Source: Patescibacteria group bacterium UBA4473 (GTDB taxonomy: Bacteria; Patescibacteriota; Gracilibacteria; UBA4473). Taken from it: DNA of 64,000 nucleotides. Made by a program: the position numbers and the translations under genes. The stretch is from the NCBI GenBank assembly GCA_002389285.1, contig DGOF01000041.1:22194-86193 (forward strand), in the 5' to 3' direction. The first letter of the stretch is position 1, and each line of letters opens with the position of its first letter. Positions 35,959 through 43,779 of this stretch are shown piece after piece. The notes beneath the pieces are model-generated. The model saw only the letters and a list, made by a program, of their open reading frames with translations. It was not told the DNA's origin and ran no database searches.

Positions 35959-37986
35959 TTACGAAGATGAATTGAAGAAGAGATACTTCTTCGCCCGCAT
36001 AAACGGAGAAAATTTCTTACCACTCCCTTCATAAAATTTACCGAAGAACTCGATAAACTGAAGGCGTCCAGAATGAACGAACGCTCCCAAAAGAGAGAGG
36101 AAGAAATTCAATGAATGTCCAAAGAGCAGAATCAATACCGCTACAATGAAGCCCAAAACAGGATGAGGCATAAGCCCTCCCAACACACTGGCCGTAAGAT
36201 TCATGGCCATGCCAATCACTCCCGTTGCAAGCCCCAAGGCCATAATACGAGAGTAACTCAAAATATCAGAAAGATACGCGGTAATATTGTACAAGCCCAA
36301 AACGCCCATGACCGGCTTCAAAAACCAGTTTTTCTGGCTTCGTCCCTGAGTCAGAACCAAAATCACAGCCCCCGCAATGGCCAATTTTCCCATGAGAGCC
36401 GCGGACAAGCCCAAAGGCGCAGCCAGTGCAAATCCCACCAAAGCTATCAAAAAGAAAAGCCAAGCGCCTGGATCACAAAGAGCGTCCAGCTTCTGACCAT
36501 TTTTCCAGAGTCTCACAATTTCCAAGAAAACTCCGAAGAGCAATTGAATCATTCCCAGCCCCAAAGCTAAGGCAAGAAAGGTCATGGGACCATCGCCTTC
36601 CATGGGATTCAAAACCTGTCCCTTAAAGAGTACCGTACTTACGCCTGCTGTCTCAGTAACGGTTGTCATGAATCCAGGCGCCTTCGACGCCTCCATTCCA
36701 AAGTAGCCGCCCAAAAGGACGCCTCCAATGATCGTTGCAATACCACAGTACAACATCGCCCGAAAAGAATTTCTTAAATTCGATGGGAATTTTCCAAAAA
36801 TCAAAGCAATACCCATAATCAACGTCAACAATCCTCCATATCCTACATCAGACAAACAAAGTCCAAAAAATATGAAAAAGAAAGGAGAAAGAGCCGGCGT
36901 CGGATCAATATCTTTTGCACCAGGAATTCCGTACATTTCCGTAATCATTTCAAACGGCTTACTAAAAGCGCCATTTTGTAGCAGTGTGGGTGCCTCTTCT
37001 CCCTCTTTCGCTTCAATGCGATCCAAGACAACCTCTCCCACAAAAATATTTTCGGTCCATTCTACCAAACTTGAAACAGCCTTTTCTGGCATCCAAGCCT
37101 CGAAAGCGAAAAGATATTCTGACTGAAAAATTTTATACTGAAGATCGTTTTTACGTTTTCTCCAAGAATTGTAATCGTAAAGAATTTTGAAATTCTCAAC
37201 CTCGGAAGCCATTCCACGAAGCTGCACCGAAGCCTCCTCGTGACGCTTCTTGCAGGCCATCTCTTGCTGATTCAAATCCTTTAAAAGAGCCGAGACAGAC
37301 CGTCCTTCTTCGTCGGATTCTTCACAAGACCATTCTACCTCAGAAAAACTATACTCAGAAAAGAGTCGGCTAATTTCTTCTTCCAACGACTTAAGTGCTG
37401 TCACACGAACAAACATGCGATCAGAAGCCTGTGACAAAATTTTGATATCCACTAAATGCGAGATCAAAGCGAGCTTTTCAATACATTCTCCGACATTGCT
37501 TCCCGCAAGCGATCCAATCCATGTAATCGTCTGATCCGTCTCCAAAGCACTTCCCCATCCAACCAAAAGGCTTTTATAAGGGACGAGCAAGGCTCTACGA
37601 CGTTCTATTTTTTGTTGTTCATTCTCTGTTTTCACCAGAATTTCTTCTGATTTTTCACAAGAATCCAAAAGCGCTTCCGCTCGAGGAGAGAATTCTTTTA
37701 ATCTATTTTTGGCTTCTGATTCTTCACAGACAAGTTTTCCCCCAGACAAAAGACTTTCCAGTTTTTTCCCAGGAAGTGCATACGGTGAAAGCAAACGAAT
37801 CGCAAAATCAATACGCGCCAAATCAAAGACACCAAAGTGGTCTTCGTGTCGCTGCAAGGAATGCTCAATAAGTTCTGGTGTCTCAACAATCTCCATAACA
37901 CCTTTACGATGCAACTCTTGCATCAGAAGCTTATAATGCTTCCGCAAGCCAGTCAGTCGAATCTTTTGGAGCAAAACTTTAGCCAT
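35959..37986 (-). CDS. ntpI: V/A-type ATPase subunit I (a-subunit, stator/ion channel)
   Basis: 675 aa. Soluble coiled-coil N-half plus a polytopic C-half with LSYSRIMALGLA (essential Arg region) and HSLNFFLSLLGAFVHSGRLQFIEFF. Confidence 0.9.
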   Translation of the reverse strand: MAKVLLQKIRLTGLRKHYKLLMQELHRKGVMEIVETPELIEHSLQRHEDHFGVFDLARIDFAIRLLSPYALPGKKLESLLSGGKLVCEESEAKNRLKEFSPRAEALLDSCEKSEEILVKTENEQQKIERRRALLVPYKSLLVGWGSALETDQTITWIGSLAGSNVGECIEKLALISHLVDIKILSQASDRMFVRVTALKSLEEEISRLFSEYSFSEVEWSCEESDEEGRSVSALLKDLNQQEMACKKRHEEASVQLRGMASEVENFKILYDYNSWRKRKNDLQYKIFQSEYLFAFEAWMPEKAVSSLVEWTENIFVGEVVLDRIEAKEGEEAPTLLQNGAFSKPFEMITEMYGIPGAKDIDPTPALSPFFFIFFGLCLSDVGYGGLLTLIMGIALIFGKFPSNLRNSFRAMLYCGIATIIGGVLLGGYFGMEASKAPGFMTTVTETAGVSTVLFKGQVLNPMEGDGPMTFLALALGLGMIQLLFGVFLEIVRLWKNGQKLDALCDPGAWLFFLIALVGFALAAPLGLSAALMGKLAIAGAVILVLTQGRSQKNWFLKPVMGVLGLYNITAYLSDILSYSRIMALGLATGVIGMAMNLTASVLGGLMPHPVLGFIVAVLILLFGHSLNFFLSLLGAFVHSGRLQFIEFFGKFYEGSGKKFSPFMRAKKYLFFNSSS

Positions 37987-37990
37987 GCGT

Positions 37991-38320
37991 TTAAAGGAGT
38001 TCGTTCAAAAAATATCCCGAAGCCGCCGCAATGGCGCCATCTATTTTCGGTTCAAGCTTCGCGCGAAACTGTTGGACCTCTTGGTCACCTTCTCGCTGCA
38101 AGGTCTCATAAAGAGATTTGTTTTCTTTCTTTTTAATATCCAGGGACTTTTTGCCTTCTTCTTTCATCTTTCCAAAAGAGGCTTCACGAGTTTTAACAAG
38201 TGATTGGTTCTCTTTTTCAAGATCTTTACGTTGTTTTTCCTGGGCTTTCTGAATCAAACTTGCCGCTTTCGCCTCTGTCTCCTGTACCTGCGATAAGAAA
38301 TCATCTTGGACAGTACTCAT
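37991..38320 (-). CDS. V/A-type ATPase small coiled-coil stalk subunit (G/H-like; NtpF position)
   Basis: 109-aa highly charged helical protein, the first gene of the cluster and 4 nt from the subunit I gene. Confidence 0.5.
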   Translation of the reverse strand: MSTVQDDFLSQVQETEAKAASLIQKAQEKQRKDLEKENQSLVKTREASFGKMKEEGKKSLDIKKKENKSLYETLQREGDQEVQQFRAKLEPKIDGAIAAASGYFLNELL

Positions 38321-38393
38321 GAAAAGGGGGGATAAATCAAATCCGCCACATTCTTACGAAAGAGCAATAAAAGTCAACTATTTTAAAGGAAAA

Positions 38394-39626
38394 TTACAAA
38401 GCCAACAACGTCATCACCTTATGCCCCACGAAAAACATATTCGCCACAAACCCAACCATCGGAACCCACGACCAAATCACAAAGGTTCCTTTTGGAGCCG
38501 GACCACTACGCTTTACCTTCCACAAAGCAAGATTCACTAAAGCAAAAAGCGTGAGCGTTATGAAGCTCGTGATGGTCGCCAATCCCTGCATATCAATCGC
38601 CAGTGCAAAGAACAAAATAATCCCCACAACGACCCAAATAGAAAACACCGGCGTTTGGCGATGCGAACAAATCATAGAAAAACATTTTGGAACCCACTGA
38701 AAACAACTCATGCCATACAGCACACGAGAAGCCATAATAATCTGTGCCATAACTCCATTTATGACCGCAAAAAGACCGATCAAAGTAATCAACACGGGAT
38801 CTTTTCCCGTTGCTGCCACAAAAACATCCGCCAAAGGAGCTCCTGAGGCCAATAAATCTGCTGGTGCCAGCGTCAAAACCGCCACGACCGCAATCCCCAT
38901 ATACAAGATCGTGGACCCAATAAGCGCAAATATAATCGCTCTGGGCATAACCTTCGTTGGATTCTTGGTCTCCTCCGCCACATTCACCATATCCTCAAAT
39001 CCAATAAAGGCATAAAACGCTAAAAAGGTTCCCGCAAGAAATCCCGCCATCGTTCCCATAGATCCGACTGATTCTGGAATAAAGAAAGACGGCAAGGCCT
39101 CAGGTAAGGCAGAAAAACTACCACGCGCCACCCACAAAATCAAAACCAACCCCCCCACCTCAATCAGCGTAATAATCGTAATCAACCAGGCTGATTCTTG
39201 AATTCCCCACCAGGCCAAAGCTCCCATGAAGATCAAGAGCGCTACCATAACCATCCAACCCTCTACCCCCGGAAAAAACTGTTGAAAGTACCCCACAAAC
39301 GCATGCATCAAGGTTCCCGCCGAGACAATTCCCGAAAGAGCAATTCCCAAACCAAAAAACAAAGAAAGATTTTTAATTCCAAATCCCTGCTGAATATAAT
39401 TCGCGGCCCCCGCACTCTGTGGAAAACGAGAAGAAAGCTCCGCATAAGAAAAAGCAGAAAACGCCGCCAAGACCCCCGCCAACAAAAATGCCGTCGGTGC
39501 CATCATCCCCGCCTGCCCGGCAATCTTCCCCACCAACGCATAAATCCCGGCCCCAAGAATAGTTCCCAGTCCATAGAAAGCGACCTGATAAAACGAAAGC
39601 GAGCGTTTGAGTTGTGTTTGTGTCAT
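38394..39626 (-). CDS. APC-superfamily amino-acid permease
   Basis: LSFYQVAFYGLGTILGAGIYALVGK...AFSYAELSSRFPQSAGAANY, and about 12 TM helices. Confidence 0.85.
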   Translation of the reverse strand: MTQTQLKRSLSFYQVAFYGLGTILGAGIYALVGKIAGQAGMMAPTAFLLAGVLAAFSAFSYAELSSRFPQSAGAANYIQQGFGIKNLSLFFGLGIALSGIVSAGTLMHAFVGYFQQFFPGVEGWMVMVALLIFMGALAWWGIQESAWLITIITLIEVGGLVLILWVARGSFSALPEALPSFFIPESVGSMGTMAGFLAGTFLAFYAFIGFEDMVNVAEETKNPTKVMPRAIIFALIGSTILYMGIAVVAVLTLAPADLLASGAPLADVFVAATGKDPVLITLIGLFAVINGVMAQIIMASRVLYGMSCFQWVPKCFSMICSHRQTPVFSIWVVVGIILFFALAIDMQGLATITSFITLTLFALVNLALWKVKRSGPAPKGTFVIWSWVPMVGFVANMFFVGHKVMTLLAL

Positions 39627-39698
39627 AAGAAAAAATTACAATCAAAATCAGTATAACACGAAAAAGCTTATTTTATAAAATCCCAAAAGTTCAGACAA

Positions 39699-42014
39699 TT
39701 ATTCCTTCGGCCCAAAGATCTCCCTTTGCTTGGCCCCTTTCGGTGGCCCCACAATACCTTTGGCTTCCATTTGGTCTAAAAGACGTGCCGCGCGAGCATA
39801 CCCCACCTCAAGTCGTCGCTGTAAGAAACTCGCCGATGCTTTTCGTGTTTCCATCACCGTATCAACTGCTTTTTGAAAATAAGGATCCAAATCATCATCG
39901 GAAATATCTCCGGACGTCCCGGCGGTCAGGACACCGCCCTTCGCCATCCCTTCGATCGAGTGCGTCGTAATTTCGTCATTGGCGACCATTTCTGGAAACT
40001 GAAGCTTGATGTGATTCGTCACACGTTCCACTTCTTCATTGGAAATATAAATTCCCTGAATACGAGACAAGCTTCCCGAGTTTCCATCCAAGTACAACAT
40101 GTCTCCAAATCCGAGCAAATCCTGAGATCCATTTTGGTCAATCACCGTCCGAGAATCAATCCCCGAAGAAACTTTGAACGAAATACGTGCTGGCAAGTTC
40201 GCTTTAATCAACCCCGTTACCACATCCACCGACGGCCGCTGCGTGGCAATTATCAAGTGCATTCCCACGGCTCGTGCCATCTGGGCAATCCGACAAATCG
40301 CCGCTTCCACGTCTTTCCCGGCCACCATCATCAGATCCGCCAACTCATCAATCACAATCACGATATACGGCTCTTTTTTGTCCGGAAATTTTTCATTGTA
40401 TTCATTAATATTTCGACATCGAACCTCGGAAAAAGACCGATACCGACGGTTCATCTCAGCCACGGCCCAAGCAAGTGCCGACACACATTTTTCCGGTTCC
40501 ATAATCACCGGCGTCAATAAATGCGGTAAATTATTATAAAGAGAAAGCTCCACGCGTTTAGGGTCCACCAAAATCAATCGCAACGTTTCTGGAGAATTCT
40601 GCCAGAGCAGCGACGTCAAAAACACATTCATCGCCACAGATTTCCCCGATCCCGTTTTACCCGCAAGCAACAAATGCGGCATCTTCGCCAGATCCACTAC
40701 ATTCGGTTTTCCGGCCACATCGCGCCCCACCGCCAACTTCAGCTGCGCCGTTTCATTTTTCCAAGCTTCAGATTCCAAAATCTCTCGCATCCCCACAATC
40801 GCCCGATCTGCATTAGGAATCTCAATTCCCACCAATGATTTCCCCCTGATTGGCGCCTCGATACGAAGACTTTCTGCGGCCAACGTCAGCGCGAGATCAT
40901 TTTTCAAAGCCGTAATCTTAGTCAGCTTCACCCCCGCCGAAGGCTCCAGCGTGAACTGCGTCACCGTCGGCCCCACATGCACCGATTTCATCGTCACATC
41001 AATCCCAAACTGATGAAGTTTTTGACGAATTTTATCCGCCTGATCCCGCAACAAGTCCTCATCCACCGTAATCGTCGCATGATTTTCTTTAAGTAACTCT
41101 AGCTCTGGCGGCTCCCACTGCCCACTGATACTTTTGTTTTTGGCTCTTGTCAGTTCATCCTCCTCTTCTTCTAGCTCAATCTTTTTCCCCGAAGACTTCG
41201 TATTTTTTGTTTTAGCATTTGTAGAATCAACAATCTCAAGATCATTTGAAAACTGATATTCTGGCTCTGGCTCTTTCTTATCAGAAACAGTTTTGAAAGC
41301 TTTTTTCTTAAGACCTTTTTCAGACACGACTTCTTTTTTAGCCTGAAACACAGAGAGTATAGACGATAACCGAACCCCAAACCCCAAGACAGAAGACACC
41401 CAAAGAATCATGGCCAAAAGAACCCCCGCTACAAGATCTCCCAAATACATCCGAGGAAAATAGGTCACCGTGAATCCCAGCGCCCCTCCATACAGTTCTT
41501 TTTGGGTAAAAGAATCAGAAACCGGAACAAACAAATGTCCCAATCCCAAAACCGACACCACAAAGAAACCCAATGCCACCACCCGCTTAGGCGGAAACCG
41601 AAGATCCGCCTGAAAAAAGACAAACCCACTGAGCGTCGCAAAAAAAGCCGGTAAAATCCAAATACCTCGACCAAAAACAGACCGCAACCATCCTTCTAAA
41701 TTCTGAGAAAAAATCGCTTCACTAAACATAATCGCGACGAGAAATACCGCCAACCCCAACCAAAGCGCCCCCCATAACTCTTGGTGCAAATGTTCATGAA
41801 AAAAAGATTCCCAGTGCTCCTGTTTATTCTTTTGTCGAGTAATCTTACTCCGCGCACGATCCTTGGCTTTTTCCCGTGCCAAAGCCGTCGCTTCTTTTTT
41901 ACGCTCCGCTTGAAGCATTTTCTTCGCCTGTTTCTGGGCCTCTTTTTTAAGCACCGAAGCAGGAATTTTTACCGAAGGCCGTTTACGAGGACGTCCAAAC
42001 ATCAAAGAAATCAT
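39699..42014 (-). CDS. ftsK: DNA translocase FtsK/SpoIIIE
   Basis: Lys-rich N-tail, 4 TM helices and a linker. Motor domain with Walker A LLAGKTGSGKSV and Walker B IVIVIDELADLM. C-terminal gamma winged-helix (ASASFLQRRLEVGYARAARLLDQME). Confidence 0.95.
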   Translation of the reverse strand: MISLMFGRPRKRPSVKIPASVLKKEAQKQAKKMLQAERKKEATALAREKAKDRARSKITRQKNKQEHWESFFHEHLHQELWGALWLGLAVFLVAIMFSEAIFSQNLEGWLRSVFGRGIWILPAFFATLSGFVFFQADLRFPPKRVVALGFFVVSVLGLGHLFVPVSDSFTQKELYGGALGFTVTYFPRMYLGDLVAGVLLAMILWVSSVLGFGVRLSSILSVFQAKKEVVSEKGLKKKAFKTVSDKKEPEPEYQFSNDLEIVDSTNAKTKNTKSSGKKIELEEEEDELTRAKNKSISGQWEPPELELLKENHATITVDEDLLRDQADKIRQKLHQFGIDVTMKSVHVGPTVTQFTLEPSAGVKLTKITALKNDLALTLAAESLRIEAPIRGKSLVGIEIPNADRAIVGMREILESEAWKNETAQLKLAVGRDVAGKPNVVDLAKMPHLLLAGKTGSGKSVAMNVFLTSLLWQNSPETLRLILVDPKRVELSLYNNLPHLLTPVIMEPEKCVSALAWAVAEMNRRYRSFSEVRCRNINEYNEKFPDKKEPYIVIVIDELADLMMVAGKDVEAAICRIAQMARAVGMHLIIATQRPSVDVVTGLIKANLPARISFKVSSGIDSRTVIDQNGSQDLLGFGDMLYLDGNSGSLSRIQGIYISNEEVERVTNHIKLQFPEMVANDEITTHSIEGMAKGGVLTAGTSGDISDDDLDPYFQKAVDTVMETRKASASFLQRRLEVGYARAARLLDQMEAKGIVGPPKGAKQREIFGPKE

Positions 42015-42354
42015 AAGGGATACGTGACAAATGATAAATAGAAAATTAACAAACTTGACTTTTGTCTATTTATGGTTACTAGTCTAGATGTTCTTTGACA
42101 TTCTATTTTCGTAATGAAGAGCTCTCTGCTTTTTGGTATAGGAAAGTGCGAGCGACGATCTTTTGTCACTCCGCCCTTTTCAAAAAGAAAGCAGGTATAC
42201 TCTTCGTTACGGTTTCATTTTCAAGCGAGTTGGTAGCTTCCTGTCTATCCTCATACATACGTAGGCAGAAAGCCATCAACTCCCCCCTATCAAGTGCCTT
42301 CTGGTGATGGCCCAGGAACACACAATCATCTTTTTCTGAGAAAGGAGATAAAAG

Positions 42355-42741
42355 ATGCAACAAGCAAACCTCACCATGACCGTGTACGTACACGGTCGTC
42401 CCATTACGGAGTATCGCCATAAGGGCGACACCTTCGTCATGGGACGAAACGGAAGCGAGTACGAACTCGACTTCCGAAACAACCATCCGTCTCGGCGGAT
42501 GATCATCTCGGCCAGCATCGACGGATTGTCGATCTTGACCGGGGAACCGGCAAAAACCCATGCTCAAGGCTATGTCCTCGAGCCAATGAGCTCCACCCGA
42601 ATCAAGGGCTGGCGCACCTCGCAAGAGGCCTGTGCTCAGTTCGAATTCGGGTCAATACCGAAGGCCTATGCTACCCAGCAAGGAGCCCCCGAATGCACAT
42701 CGTGCAGTCGGGGGCCTTCTTCTATGGTTTCAAAAATATAA
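42355..42741 (+). CDS. Hypothetical protein encoded in a G+C-rich islet
   Basis: Strong Shine-Dalgarno AAAGGAGA 6-8 nt before the ATG. The opposite-strand ORF (42166-42624) reads like antisense noise. No motif recognised. Confidence 0.55.
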   Translation: MQQANLTMTVYVHGRPITEYRHKGDTFVMGRNGSEYELDFRNNHPSRRMIISASIDGLSILTGEPAKTHAQGYVLEPMSSTRIKGWRTSQEACAQFEFGSIPKAYATQQGAPECTSCSRGPSSMVSKI

Positions 42742-42749
42742 TCACAACC

Positions 42750-43196
42750 TTACGCCGCTGGCGTTTCTTCTGAAGAATTACCTTTAGCCTTAAGATGTTT
42801 TGCAAAAAAATCTTTCATACGCACGCCTACTGATTTTAAATACTCAGAGACTTGATCTACTTGGTCGGCTCTTTTTTCTTGCGGACTCTTCGGCAAATAC
42901 TTTTCCCCTGTAACAGATCTCATAAGTTTCATAAGCTTATCAAGCTCTTCACGCTTAACATAAACATCCGACAATACCTCCACAAGATGCGTAGCCGCCG
43001 TACTAAATTCTCCCTCGAATTCACCATGGGTAACAAAGAACTCACATAATTCTTGTGCATTCTCCACCATACCATCATACGAGGAATCCCAAACACCTTC
43101 ATTGTAATCCCGTGCGACCCCAGCAGAAAGCTCACGAACCGCCTTAAGATCAAGGCCTTCCAAAGAAAATCGTCTGTCATCAATATTGACTTCCAT
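42750..43196 (-). CDS. Hypothetical acidic helical protein (148 aa)
   Basis: Clean ORF whose stop lies 8 nt from the convergent 42355 gene. No recognised motif. Confidence 0.5.
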   Translation of the reverse strand: MEVNIDDRRFSLEGLDLKAVRELSAGVARDYNEGVWDSSYDGMVENAQELCEFFVTHGEFEGEFSTAATHLVEVLSDVYVKREELDKLMKLMRSVTGEKYLPKSPQEKRADQVDQVSEYLKSVGVRMKDFFAKHLKAKGNSSEETPAA

Positions 43197-43301
43197 TTTT
43201 TAAAAAATTAAAAAGTAAAAAAATGAATCACACAAAATATATACTAAAAAACCAACCTTGTCAAGTGGTCCTGAGAAATACCTCTTCTGAGAAAAACAAA
43301 T

Positions 43302-43330
43302 TTGACTTTAGTTCAATCTATATTTATATT
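43302..43330 (+). promoter_or_regulatory. Sigma-70-like promoter (TTGACT-N17-TATATT) upstream of the HisE-like gene
   Basis: -35 at 43302-43307 and -10 at 43325-43330. The ATG is at 43365. Confidence 0.45.
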
Positions 43331-43364
43331 AGAAGATCCTCCCACACCCCTTTTCCTCTCCACC

Positions 43365-43751
43365 ATGAAAAACCTACCCCACAAGGCTATTCCATCATGG
43401 GAAACCATCCCTGGATGTTTCAAGATTCGTTCTATCACTACGCGCCTCCGCGAACCAGAAAGCGAAGATTTTTTGAGACAACTCCAAGCCGTCATTCATC
43501 AACGTCGAACCACGCATCCGATCAAATCACACGTCCGCCGTATGTTTGATCGAGGATTTGATGAGATTGTCCGCAAAGTCGGTGAAGAAGCGATCGAACT
43601 CATGCTGGCGGCCAAAAACGATGACCGAAAAGCTTTTCTTCACGAATCCGCCGATCTCATGTTTCACTTCCTCCTTCTCTGCGAGGCCAAAGACGTCGCC
43701 TTCGACGAAGTCATTGATATCCTCAAGAAGAGGAAACAAAATCGGAAGTAA
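43365..43751 (+). CDS. HisE/MazG-like all-alpha NTP pyrophosphohydrolase (phosphoribosyl-ATP pyrophosphatase family)
   Basis: KVGEEAIELMLAAKNDDRKAFLHESADLMFHFLLLCEAKDVAFDEVIDIL matches the HisE E..E...E..D helix pair. Preceded by an N-terminal extension of about 45 aa. Confidence 0.65.
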   Translation: MKNLPHKAIPSWETIPGCFKIRSITTRLREPESEDFLRQLQAVIHQRRTTHPIKSHVRRMFDRGFDEIVRKVGEEAIELMLAAKNDDRKAFLHESADLMFHFLLLCEAKDVAFDEVIDILKKRKQNRK

Positions 43752-43779
43752 TAAAACATTATGATAAGATGAGAATAAG

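Noticed and set aside
39873-40539. 215-aa and 121-aa + strand ORFs inside ftsK
   Set aside because: They are antisense to the highly conserved FtsK motor domain. Arg/His/Asn-rich translations are typical of shadow ORFs.
42015-42354. Known structured RNA (RNase P RNA, tmRNA, SRP RNA, tRNA) in the 340-nt ORF-free spacer
   Set aside because: GGAAAGTGCG superficially recalls the RNase P GGAAAGTCCGG box. None of the other universal elements, tRNA T-loop (GTTCGAATC-like) motifs or tmRNA ends are present. It is kept only as an unassigned leader in the islet finding.
42166-42624. 152-aa minus-strand ORF overlapping the G+C-rich gene
   Set aside because: The translation looks like antisense noise from a G+C-rich coding region: Arg/Gly/Ala/His-rich, with no start context. 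The + strand ORF has a strong Shine-Dalgarno sequence.
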